DNA of 64,000 nt. It comes from a virus. Lineage: Duplodnaviria > Caudoviricetes. A model generated the notes under the pieces. That model worked only from the letters and a program-made list of their open reading frames with translations, was not told the DNA's origin and did no database searches. Positions 38,038 to 47,009 of this stretch are shown here, one piece after another; within the stretch, counting starts at the first letter, position 1, and each line of letters starts with the position of its first letter. Both the position numbers and the translations under genes were made by a program. Where the stretch lies: the IMG/VR virus record IMGVR_UViG_3300025018_000147, positions 7,403-71,402 of that record; one strand, given 5' to 3'.

Positions 38038-38150
38038 ACTCAACCCACATCCAGAACATCGGATGTGGGTATTTTTTTGTCCTACATCTATCTTCTTGAT
38101 AATCTCTTCGAGATAGTAAGATAGTCTGGTGTGTATGTCCTACCGGACAT
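38038..38150 (+). repeat. Terminator-plus-promoter cassette, copy 1 (copy 2 at 38552-38669)
   Basis: actcaacccacatccagaacatcggatgtgggtattttttt...gagatagt.agatagtct...atgtcctaccggacat in both copies. Confidence 0.85.
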
Positions 38151-38156
38151 GATAGT
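38135..38156 (+). promoter_or_regulatory. Candidate vRNAP hairpin promoter
   Basis: atgtcc-TACC-ggacat, then gat-AGT. Confidence 0.7.
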
Positions 38157-38208
38157 GGTAGTTCAAAGATATTGGGCATTTTGCCCACAGAAATAAAAGG
38201 AGTTCAAT

Positions 38209-38499
38209 ATGAGAACCATTAGGTTCTGTAATACCTGCGGATCAGAAGAACTGACCCGCGTAGAGGGTGACGGTTTCTTCGCCCCCACAGTATGTGTTGC
38301 TTGCGGGAGTTCCGACCTTGCTTCCCGCAAGCAACAGGAATGGTTTGACCTGGCTGATTGGTCAGGTCTTCCAGAAGGCTTAAAGGTAAATCCCCATGGG
38401 TGGGTTGAAGACCCGTGGGGTAATGCACTTTTCCCTCTTAGGGAAAGTGATACTGTCGCTTCTATAACTGAGCGACTTAACCAAGAACAAGAGGATTAA
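38209..38499 (+). CDS. Zn-ribbon early protein
   Basis: CNTCGS...CVACGS. Confidence 0.6.
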   Translation: MRTIRFCNTCGSEELTRVEGDGFFAPTVCVACGSSDLASRKQQEWFDLADWSGLPEGLKVNPHGWVEDPWGNALFPLRESDTVASITERLNQEQED

Positions 38500-38551
38500 T
38501 TATAGAACTTGGCCGGGATAGAGGAGCAAAACACGCGCTTTACTCCGGTCA

Positions 38552-38669
38552 ACTCAACCCACATCCAGAACATCGGATGTGGGTATTTTTTTTTTGTCCT
38601 ACCTCTGTCTTCTTGATAGTCCTGCTCCGAGATAGTCAGATAGTCTACCTTGGATGTCCTACCGGACAT
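38552..38669 (+). repeat. Terminator-plus-promoter cassette, copy 2 (includes hairpin atgtcc-TACC-ggacat at 38654-38669)
   Basis: Near-identical to 38038-38150. Confidence 0.85.
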
Positions 38670-38798
38670 AAAGATAGGAAGATACTAACGTCTTCCATAT
38701 CTTAAACCAAGGAGATATGATATGAGGTATGTACTAATGATACTGCCGGCATCATTGATGCTGATTCCCTATTTAATACAACTACTGGAGGTTTTACC

Positions 38799-39128
38799 AT
38801 GAGCATAGGTGAGATAACTGTTGTGAATAAACACACCTACAGAGGTAAATCTACCGGTGTAGTATACATCGGTAGAGGTTCTGTCTTCGGAAATCCATAT
38901 CCACTTCCAAAGTATACCCGAGAAGCCTCAATTGCCAAGTACAAGAAAGACTTCCTTGTACTAATGACATGGGAATCACCCATGAAGATAGCTCTGCGTA
39001 AGATCGCACAAGAGATATTACATGGGAGAGATGTAAAGTTGATGTGTTACTGTGCTCCTCGTGCTTGCCACGGTGATGTACTGAAACAGTACATCGATGA
39101 GGCGATAGCCAAGCGCCTCAACCAATAA
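38799..39128 (+). CDS. DUF4326 family protein
   Basis: VYIGRGSVFGNPY...REASIAKYK...L.CYCAPRACHGDVL. Confidence 0.85.
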   Translation: MSIGEITVVNKHTYRGKSTGVVYIGRGSVFGNPYPLPKYTREASIAKYKKDFLVLMTWESPMKIALRKIAQEILHGRDVKLMCYCAPRACHGDVLKQYIDEAIAKRLNQ

Positions 39129-39166
39129 ACAAATGCCCTGGGTAACCGGGGCTAGGAGACACTGCC

Positions 39167-39352
39167 ATGAGTATAGTCCAGTACACCAATATCTGGTGTG
39201 ATCGCTGTGCAAGAGTGATCATAGCCGAAACGAATAGTATCAGATCCGCTACGCGGATCGCTCGGAGGAGTGGTTGGAAGCATAAAACATCGGAGAGAAT
39301 ACATCTCTGTCCAAAGTGTAAATCAACAGGAGAGCATGATGAAAGATTTTGA
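39167..39352 (+). CDS. Small Zn-finger protein
   Basis: CDRC...ARRSGW...HLCPKC. Confidence 0.65.
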   Translation: MSIVQYTNIWCDRCARVIIAETNSIRSATRIARRSGWKHKTSERIHLCPKCKSTGEHDERF

Positions 39353-39485
39353 TACATGGTATGAGGAAAATGAAGATGAAATTTACATCTCTGCTGCGGA
39401 ATCTGGAGCAGATAGAGAACTTGATTACGATGCAGAAGCATATGCTGAGCGTATGTACGATCAGTACTGTTTACTAAACATTTGA
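39337..39485 (+). CDS. Small acidic protein (MMKDFDTWYEENED...)
   Basis: RBS aggag; C-terminal part of track ORF 39270..39485. Confidence 0.5.
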
Positions 39486-39527
39486 ACCAATAAACAAATG
39501 CCCTCTTCGGAGGGCTAGGAGATTTAC

Positions 39528-39809
39528 ATGGGTAAGCATACACCTGGACCATGGAAAAACAAGGAGATTTGCATATGTGGACAAAGAGAATCTGGACTAG
39601 ATATATCTTTCCTAAGCACAAGCAATGAGGAGAGAATAATAGAAGGGCTTGCTAATGCCAAGCTCATTGTTGCTGCTCCAGATCTACTGGCTATATTGGA
39701 GGAAATAGTAGCTCAGTATGCTGACTTCCCTGAAGAAGTGATAGAGGAAATAGCTCCGGATTGGTACCCAAAAGCTACTGAAATACTCAAAAGAATCAAA
39801 GTAAGATAA
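39528..39809 (+). CDS. Phage hypothetical protein of the 'ANA.LIAAAPDLL' type
   Basis: KHTPGPW...ANAKLIVAAPDLL. Confidence 0.7.
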   Translation: MGKHTPGPWKNKEICICGQRESGLDISFLSTSNEERIIEGLANAKLIVAAPDLLAILEEIVAQYADFPEEVIEEIAPDWYPKATEILKRIKVR

Positions 39810-39827
39810 AAACGTACGCATTGCTGG

Positions 39828-39849
39828 ATGTCCTACCGGACATAATGGT
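39828..39849 (+). promoter_or_regulatory. Candidate vRNAP hairpin promoter
   Basis: atgtcc-TACC-ggacat, then aat-GGT. Confidence 0.7.
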
Positions 39850-40280
39850 GAAAGCAGTTCCACTCATCAATTCAACCGGAGGTATCCACAATGATTTTAA
39901 GAAACAAATTCTACGTAAAGTCCAAGTATATTCGAGTTATATATAAAGACACTCGGAAGCCTGAGTTCACTTTTATTGGTTTAAACTGTCGGCAGGAACT
40001 GCTGGCTAAACCAATAAAACAAGAACCCACTCGACCTCTATACTGGTAATCCCTCTCAATTGGTAGTCTGTCTTCATGGCAGACTACCAGTTAAGCTCAT
40101 CTGCATTAATCTCACCTAAAGATAGTATAATTATTTCTGTTGGTTCTATACCTTTTCCTTTATGCCTGGTTAAGCTCGTTTGGGATTAACCATTGTGTTC
40201 TTTCTGTTTTTACAGGATAAACACGTCATGCGGTAGGCATAGCTGTGGCTAAGAATTGCTTTAATTCTTAGTCCGTGCTG

Positions 40281-40303
40281 TATGCGTTACCACGCATAAA
40301 TGT
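40281..40303 (+). promoter_or_regulatory. Candidate vRNAP hairpin promoter upstream of the transcription-factor/RNAP II cluster
   Basis: tatgcgt-TACC-acgcata. Confidence 0.65.
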
Positions 40304-40361
40304 GGGTGGCAATAGAGCCATTCCTCAACGTATCACTAACTCATTTCAAAGGAGAACTACC

Positions 40362-40631
40362 ATGGCATTAGCAAAACGACAGATTACAACAATCGCAACT
40401 CCCTCAAATGATTCTTGGAAAGCTCAAGGATTTCTGAACTTTTACCTTCCGAGTAAAGATGGTTCTACTCGTAAGCTCGGAGCAATTCCTTTGCGTAATA
40501 GTAAACCAGCAGAAATGACTCTTCTTGAGTGGTTAAAAGAAGATCCAACTAGAGCAGAGAATATCCTGCTCAAGCTCTCCATTGACTTCCGTGAAGTCAA
40601 TGATGAGGCATCCTCGTTCGATCTGTTCTAA
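40362..40631 (+). CDS. Conserved N4-like early protein, possibly a gp2-like ssDNA-binding RNAP II cofactor
   Basis: WKAQGFLNFYLPSKDG..RKLGAIPL motif; RBS aaggag; upstream of the RNAP II genes. Confidence 0.55.
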   Translation: MALAKRQITTIATPSNDSWKAQGFLNFYLPSKDGSTRKLGAIPLRNSKPAEMTLLEWLKEDPTRAENILLKLSIDFREVNDEASSFDLF

Positions 40632-40705
40632 ATCATCCTCGGGGATACCTGCTTATACAGAGGTATCCCTTTTCTTTACTATCCTAAATTACATGGAGAT
40701 ATTCA

Positions 40706-41062
40706 ATGATCAAGAAAGTACGTGAAGGCAGAGCTGCGTGGTCTATAACCAGGCCACATGCCAAACCAGAGACACTCTGTCCTTATCAGGTTCCTATGTC
40801 CATGGAACAACTGGCATGGTTACTGGGCTACACCAAGGCTCAGAAGGAATATCTAGAGGAGAAGATCTCTCAGTATAGCCAAGAGGATAATGTCCTCATG
40901 GCTACCAACATCAAGAATGCTCAGCTACAAGCAGAACATGATTGGAAGCCTAATGTCAATCCAGTGACTGTATGTCCCTTCATGGGTAATCACCTGGTCA
41001 TTGCCTACGTTATGGCATGGAGGAAGAAAGACTTGAACCAAGAACCAATAACAGAGGAATAG
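40706..41062 (+). CDS. Hypothetical protein preceding RNAP II subunit 1
   Basis: RBS ggag; coupled to the next gene. Confidence 0.6.
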   Translation: MIKKVREGRAAWSITRPHAKPETLCPYQVPMSMEQLAWLLGYTKAQKEYLEEKISQYSQEDNVLMATNIKNAQLQAEHDWKPNVNPVTVCPFMGNHLVIAYVMAWRKKDLNQEPITEE

Positions 41063-41064
41063 AT

Positions 41065-41937
41065 ATGCTCAGGTCAGAAGAGTTCTTTGTTCAGAAAGAG
41101 ATAGCCAGAACAGGTGGTATGCCTGAGCTTGATCAGGCAGTACGACTGGTACATGACTATGCCACCAAGTACTACGAATACACCCTCAAGGATGGCACAG
41201 TCAAGCCATTCACCAGCAAGAACAGAAGACTCTCCGATTGGAATCCAAATAAAGGGGAAATCTACGAGATAGTCCTGGCAGCCTTCACCATTACCCTCAC
41301 AATAGGACAACTTACCTATCAAGCAATAGCGGGTATGCTCGCTGGAAGAATAGGTCTGGAAGATACTATAGACAGGGTAAAGACTGCTGCAGAGGTACTG
41401 GCAGTCATCTCTCGTACTGGACTCATCACCATTACTCGTAATGGCTCAGGAGAGTACATCACAGTATGTACAGAGTACACGCTGAATGATCTCCCCGAGC
41501 TGGAGAGGCATGAGATATTCACAAAAAGGCTGCCTTTGTTCACCACCAATAAACATGAGGAACACGGTTCCTTCATACTTGGAGGAAGGCAGAACCATCA
41601 TAAGCAAGATATATGCTTAGACCATCTTAACCGCATGAATGCTATTGAGCTAAAACTCAATAGAGCTGTGCTTAGAAAGTATGAAGAGAAGCCTACGTAT
41701 GCCTTCGAGACTGATGGCAGGCATGACCAGAAAAAAGAGGATCAATGGAAACGGTTTGTTACGCAGAGCTACAGAGCGTACATCAAATTGGTTCGGGGAG
41801 GGAATCGATTTCACCTGTTACATCGGGTGGATAAGAGAGGTAGATGCTACGCTGAGGGATACCATATAAATACTCAGGGTTCATCGTTTAAAAAGTCAAT
41901 AATTCAGCTTGCTGCTGCTGAATTAGTGGAAATGTAA
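41065..41937 (+). CDS. RNA polymerase II subunit 1 (N4 gp15-like)
   Basis: H..DKRGRCYAEGYHINTQG..FKKSIIQL; ATG at 41065 follows the RBS gagga. Confidence 0.9.
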   Translation: MLRSEEFFVQKEIARTGGMPELDQAVRLVHDYATKYYEYTLKDGTVKPFTSKNRRLSDWNPNKGEIYEIVLAAFTITLTIGQLTYQAIAGMLAGRIGLEDTIDRVKTAAEVLAVISRTGLITITRNGSGEYITVCTEYTLNDLPELERHEIFTKRLPLFTTNKHEEHGSFILGGRQNHHKQDICLDHLNRMNAIELKLNRAVLRKYEEKPTYAFETDGRHDQKKEDQWKRFVTQSYRAYIKLVRGGNRFHLLHRVDKRGRCYAEGYHINTQGSSFKKSIIQLAAAELVEM

Positions 41938-42093
41938 TGGGTATATTCATCCTATTATTAACAATAAGCGTGTTTATTGATTCTCCCACAAAAGAACCGA
42001 TAGAACCTGGTTGCACAACTTTTGAATTAAGTCAGCTTATTCGACTAGAAATACCTGATAATAAAATCACTCAGATATGTAAGGAGGAAACCA

Positions 42094-42303
42094 ATGAATG
42101 AAACACTTACTATTAAAAATGTTGATCTCAAGGGCCTAGAGCAACAGAGGTTAGTACTACCCAACATAGTAACATACGACGCTATTCTCAGTACCATGAC
42201 AATCGAGGAGCAGTACACCTTAAAAAACATTTTAAACATGCTGAATAGTTGGTCGGCTGACATCTATTTCATGATGCGTGACTTAAAGGAGATGAACCAA
42301 TGA
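42094..42303 (+). CDS. Hypothetical protein inserted between the RNAP II subunits
   Basis: RBS aaggagg. Confidence 0.55.
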   Translation: MNETLTIKNVDLKGLEQQRLVLPNIVTYDAILSTMTIEEQYTLKNILNMLNSWSADIYFMMRDLKEMNQ

Positions 42304-42542
42304 GAACAGTAGAACTGCACTATGACGAAGAACAATTGATGGATGTACCCACTATGCAGCTCCAACAAGCCATCGGTAGATTGTCTCTCTGGGCATATAG
42401 TGGGTACCCCAAAGTGCGTATATACAACGATGGTAAGAACGATCTCATTGCCTTCTACACTGACACTAATGATGACAGCATCAGATACACCATCGGTGCT
42501 GTATGGCGACCGGAGAGTAAGGAATATACCTTCCACAGTTAA
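42300..42542 (+). CDS. Hypothetical protein
   Basis: ATGA overlap; RBS aaggag. Confidence 0.55.
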   Translation: MRTVELHYDEEQLMDVPTMQLQQAIGRLSLWAYSGYPKVRIYNDGKNDLIAFYTDTNDDSIRYTIGAVWRPESKEYTFHS

Positions 42543-42612
42543 GGAGAACAAGTAATATATCAATCCATGTCGCTGGTGTCACGGATTGAAAATAAAATCA
42601 AAGGAATAGACT

Positions 42613-43038
42613 ATGCCAAATGAACCAAGAATAGTTCCACAGTATGTCGTACAGGTAATTCGCCATATAACTGGACACGAGCGACAATGGGTTGACGTAC
42701 AACCTTTTGGCGGGCGATTGACTTTCAGGTCATCTAGCGATGCAAAAGCATTTGCTGCTAATCATGCAGCAAAGCATAGCATTCTTGCTAAAGAAATTCG
42801 AGTAGAGCCGTTAATGGAGTGCAATATGACACTGGACGAAGCAATTTGCCAAGCTAGAAAAAATCATCATATGCGGGATGGTAAATGTGCTATGTGCGCA
42901 TCTGGCGATATACCAAAAAATGGCTTACACCATAATAAATATTGGTGCGGAAACAATGATACATGTGTGTTGTGCCATAATTCAGGAATGGAATATGGAG
43001 AACAATGCAAAGCATGTGGAAGAATCGAAAAACTATGA
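42613..43038 (+). CDS. Hypothetical protein with Cys-rich Zn-finger C-terminus
   Basis: CAMC...CVLC...CKAC. Confidence 0.55.
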   Translation: MPNEPRIVPQYVVQVIRHITGHERQWVDVQPFGGRLTFRSSSDAKAFAANHAAKHSILAKEIRVEPLMECNMTLDEAICQARKNHHMRDGKCAMCASGDIPKNGLHHNKYWCGNNDTCVLCHNSGMEYGEQCKACGRIEKL

Positions 43039-43051
43039 AAGAGGTGGCATT

Positions 43052-44275
43052 TTGATTCAATTTACCGGCGGACAATACCTAATGATCGACATTGCCTCAC
43101 AATATGGGCATGGCTTAGATAAATCTCAATTCGAGGATCGTCTGGCCTGGACGAAAGAACATGAGGATGAACTGGAATCACTGGTAGATGATGCCAAGAA
43201 ACCGTTCCAGTACATCGCTGCAGTACTGGCTTATAGGGATGCCCAGAATGGTATCCCTACCGGTCATATTGTTGAACTTGATGCTGCAGCTTCAGGTCCA
43301 CAGATCATGGCAGCATTGACCGGATGCAAGGATACAGCAAGAAATACCGGTCTGATTGGAGATAAGTGTAATGACATCTACAGTATCACTCTCACTGAGG
43401 TAGGTAAAATACTCGGTGAGAGTATGGAAGGTATATCACGTACAGAGATAAAATATGCCCAGATGACATATTATTATGGGTCAAATCAAAAGCCTAAAGC
43501 CCTGTTCGGTGAGGACACTCCAGCGTATAAAGCCTTTCATAAGGCTAATTTCATAGTAGCACCTGGTGCCTGTGAGATGCGTGAGCTGTTACTGTCTCTC
43601 TGGCCTGCGTATGAACTGAGCTATGAATTCACCATGCCAGATGGCTTCCACGCATACATTCCGATTATGCAACAAACTGAGGCAGAGATCGAAGTGGATG
43701 AGCTGGACCATGCCAGCTTCACATACACCTACAGCGTGAATGAAGGCAGTGAGACAGGTAAGAGTACAGCAGCTAACACGATTCACGCATGTGATTCGTT
43801 AGTCTGCAGAGAGCTAGGAAGACGTTGTAATTATGATGGTATGGGGCTGGCGTACATTGCAATGGTGATATCGGATCATCTTGCAAATGGCACATATGCT
43901 GAACCAAAAGAAATACCACGTATTGAACGTCTTGCCGTAGAGTCTGGTTTCTACTCTCTTGTCGGCGTGGAATCAATAGGCAAGATATCCGTCACAAACT
44001 TCAGTAAAGAGTATCTGACTAGAATTCTTGGTTTAATCGATGACACTCTCAAGCACAAGAGCTTTCCAGTAGTGTTCATTCACGATGCTTTCCGAGCACA
44101 TCCGAACAACTGTAACCGAGTTAGACAGGTCTACAAGGACATCATGGCAGAGATTGCCGAGTCGAACATGCTGGAATTCATCTTGAACCAGATCAGCTCT
44201 ACACCAATCAAGATTCAGAAATACTCCGACGATCTCGGGGATGAAATCAGAAATGGGAGCTATGCTATCTCCTAG
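43052..44275 (+). CDS. RNA polymerase II subunit 2 (N4 gp16-like); probable TTG start
   Basis: FTGGQYLMIDIASQYG.GLDK; ELDAAASGPQ (motif A); R.EIKYAQMTYYYGS (motif B); IHDAF (motif C). Confidence 0.9.
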   Translation: MIQFTGGQYLMIDIASQYGHGLDKSQFEDRLAWTKEHEDELESLVDDAKKPFQYIAAVLAYRDAQNGIPTGHIVELDAAASGPQIMAALTGCKDTARNTGLIGDKCNDIYSITLTEVGKILGESMEGISRTEIKYAQMTYYYGSNQKPKALFGEDTPAYKAFHKANFIVAPGACEMRELLLSLWPAYELSYEFTMPDGFHAYIPIMQQTEAEIEVDELDHASFTYTYSVNEGSETGKSTAANTIHACDSLVCRELGRRCNYDGMGLAYIAMVISDHLANGTYAEPKEIPRIERLAVESGFYSLVGVESIGKISVTNFSKEYLTRILGLIDDTLKHKSFPVVFIHDAFRAHPNNCNRVRQVYKDIMAEIAESNMLEFILNQISSTPIKIQKYSDDLGDEIRNGSYAIS

Positions 44276-44339
44276 CAAGTAACAGAAGTATAGAGAACCT
44301 TCTCACAACTTCTATAGGGAAAACCAGTTGAACAATTAG

Positions 44340-44388
44340 CACTCACTTGAGAATCCCCTCCGGGGATCTCTTGTGAGTGTTTTTTTGT
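44340..44388 (+). terminator. Intrinsic terminator after RNAP II
   Basis: cactcac...gatccc-type extended stem ending gtgagtg, followed by a T run. Confidence 0.65.
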
Positions 44389-44528
44389 CAGGCATTTTAC
44401 AAAGTTCTCCGATCTCAAAAACGGTACGTCAACTTTGCTAAAATGACCCTTTTTCGAGGGTGTCTCCCGATACTCTAACCCCTGTTTTTGAACCAATAAA
44501 ATATACTAAATAAGAGAGGTATTTTGCC

Positions 44529-46556
44529 ATGTTTGCACCATCACCAATAGTCACCAATGACATACGAGTAAATATTAAAGAAGCTGCTGAGTTCATCACC
44601 ATGTGCATGTTCTCTCGTCTGGTTCCCATGATGCATGGGAACCCTGGAATTTGACTTTTACTAGATTCCTTTGGGGAGTAATCCCCTCAAAATAAATCCC
44701 TTTAATTGCTGGAAACCCACGAAAGCATTAAAACCACAATAATGGAGAAATCACATTATGAGGGTTTAACAATTTAATGTTATGTGACAATCAGCAACCA
44801 AGCCTCTAAGTAGAAATATATGAGGAAGGTTCAACGACTAGCCGAAAGGCGTACACTCAAGTGAGTGGAAATGGGGGACTCCTTACATTATGCTTGATTT
44901 ACCTTACGATTAATGCCATATTAACGGATACATTAATTTTAATGAGGTAAGTATAATGACAGAAGAAATTAGAGACATACCGGGTTACGAGGGTAAATAT
45001 CAAGTGACAAGCCTAGGTAGAATTTTATCTTTGCCTAATACAAGTCGCTCAGGAATACGTGAATTAAAGATTGATATCTTTAAATCAAAAAATGCTCGAT
45101 ACGCACGAGTTACATTAAGTAACAACTCAAAAATTGAGCGTATAAGTGTCCATCGTATAGTGTGTAAAGTGTTTCACGCAAATCCTGATAATAAAACTCA
45201 AGTAAACCATATTGACAATAATACATTAAATAACACCGCAGCTAATTTAGAATGGTGTACTCCAAAAGAAAACATGAAACATTCTTCTGATCAAGGAAGA
45301 CAGGAACATGTTAAACGTTTGGGTACTGCAGCCGCAGCTAAAGCTAACGAAATAAGAGCTATAACTGAGTTGAACAGTCTACTAGGGAGTAATCTAATAG
45401 ACACCATGATAAAGGCTAGTGGCAGTAAAAGAAAACGTTATGTTATTTTTCGATGTAAATATTGTCAAAATATCCACACTAAACGCCGAGATTCTATAAG
45501 TATTTATCGCGGTGGCGTGTGCTCTGATTGTGCTAAGGATGAAGATATAGTCTTGACTGCATAGTGATATGCAGCAGTTCATAAGAGAACGGGTAAGGTA
45601 TAACGCACCTTATTGAAAATACGGGAAAAAGTGAGTTAATACAACAGCTTGCTGCTAAGTATAAGCTCAAGCTGATTGACATTCGTCTGTCTCAATTAGA
45701 ACCAGTAGATATAAATGGCTTTCCTAAAGTATCTGGACGGAGAGCAGAATATCTTCCCATGAACATATTTCCCCTGGAAGATGACCCTATCCCCGACGGG
45801 TATGACGGCTTTCTGATTTCCTTTGATGAATTTAACGCAGCAGGACTTCAAACCCAAGCAGCAGCCTATCAGGTTGTCTTGGATCGCTGTATAGGACAGC
45901 ATAAACTTCATCCCAAGACAGCCATGGTCTGTGCAGGTAATTTGATGTCTGATGGGGCGATAGTTAATCGATTATCCACTGCTATGCAGTCACGTTTGAT
46001 TCATTTGGAGTTAACAGTAAACCCTGAACTATGGTCACTGTGGGCCAGTGCCAATCATCTCAGACATGAGGTGATTTCTTACATCAACCATCGTCCACAG
46101 AATCTCCATGTCTTCGATCCGAATCATCATGATAAGACCTTTGCATCGCCACGAACATGGGAATTTGCTTCTCGTATAGTTGCTTACCCGAAGATGGCAT
46201 TGAAAAACAAACTCCCCATTCTTGCTGGTACTATCAGTGAAAGTATTGCTCGAGAGTTCCTTACCTATTGTGAGATTTATCCACATATCCCTACTTATGC
46301 ACAGATCAAGCAGGCACCAAAAGTCATAGCTGTACCCAGTGAACCATCGATGCTGGCAGCTACTTCAGGAATGATTGGTGCGCATATTACCCTGGCTGAT
46401 ATTGATCAGGTCATGCCATACATCCACCGGATGCCTATTGAGTTCCAGGTATTTACATTAAAGGATGCCGTCAAGCGTACTCCGAAGCTGATGACTGTAC
46501 CAAGTGTCAGTGAATGGATAACTGTGAATAGTGCGCATATCTCGTTAGGGATTTAA
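44529..46556 (+). CDS. MoxR-like AAA+ ATPase (N4 gp24-like), spliced: exon 1 44529-44651, exon 2 45624-46556, about 351 aa
   Basis: Joining the exons restores Walker A HGNPGI|GKS; then DIRLSQLEPVD, FDEFN (Walker B), AGN, LSTAMQSR, FASPRTW. Confidence 0.9.
44652..45623 (+). mobile_element. Group I intron (972 nt) carrying an HNH gene
   Basis: P1 helix ggaatt/gattcc with a U.G pair at the 5' splice site; core elements aattgctggaaa (P), aatcagca (Q), gttcaacgacta (R), aagatatagtct (S); terminal G at 45623. Confidence 0.92.
44956..45564 (+). CDS. Intron-encoded NUMOD4-HNH homing endonuclease
   Basis: IRDIPGYEGKYQVTSLGRI; VHRIV; VNHIDNNTLNN.AANLEWCT..EN..H. Confidence 0.88.
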   Translation: MTEEIRDIPGYEGKYQVTSLGRILSLPNTSRSGIRELKIDIFKSKNARYARVTLSNNSKIERISVHRIVCKVFHANPDNKTQVNHIDNNTLNNTAANLEWCTPKENMKHSSDQGRQEHVKRLGTAAAAKANEIRAITELNSLLGSNLIDTMIKASGSKRKRYVIFRCKYCQNIHTKRRDSISIYRGGVCSDCAKDEDIVLTA

Positions 46557-46613
46557 ACCAATAAATAATATCGTCAGGCAGTAGATCTGGCGGAAAAGGA
46601 TTAAAATAGACAA

Positions 46614-46787
46614 ATGAATGGATACATTGCCTTCTACAAGAATAGAAAAATAGAGGTCTATGCAGAGACTTCTTATGAAGCTCAACAGAAAGCTGCAGAA
46701 ATATTCAAAGCTAAAAAGAGCTACCAAGTTACCGTTGTTCTCGCTGAGAAAGACGGTCAACAGGTAGTTCATAAACCTCTAATGTAA
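46614..46787 (+). CDS. Small phage protein (57 aa), not in the ORF track
   Basis: Manual translation MNGYIAFYKNRKIEVYAETSYEAQQKAAEIFKAKKSYQVTVVLAEKDGQQVVHKPLM. Confidence 0.65.
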   Translation: MNGYIAFYKNRKIEVYAETSYEAQQKAAEIFKAKKSYQVTVVLAEKDGQQVVHKPLM

Positions 46788-46796
46788 TAGGCCATA

Positions 46797-47009
46797 ATGG
46801 GATACTTAGATGAAGATACAATAAAGCAAAGCATTATCTGTGTCATCAATCAATTGACGGATAAACTCGGAATATACTATGAGTTTAATGATCTATGGCA
46901 ATCCACTTATGCAGAACTGGAAGAAACTAGAAATGAACTCATAGAGGAATACAATCTTTCTATTAAAACCAAGAAGAAAAATAAACAAGGAGTAGCTGAT
47001 GGAATATGA
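46797..47009 (+). CDS. Hypothetical protein
   Basis: Fills the gap and overlaps the next gene start. Confidence 0.5.
   Translation: MGYLDEDTIKQSIICVINQLTDKLGIYYEFNDLWQSTYAELEETRNELIEEYNLSIKTKKKNKQGVADGI

Noticed and set aside
40228-40241. Reverse-oriented promoter hairpin atgc-ggta-ggcat
   Set aside because: The stem is one base short and out of register; probably chance.
42960-42985. CVLCH as a c-type haem-binding motif
   Set aside because: There is no signal peptide, and the neighbouring CxxC pairs fit a Zn finger better.
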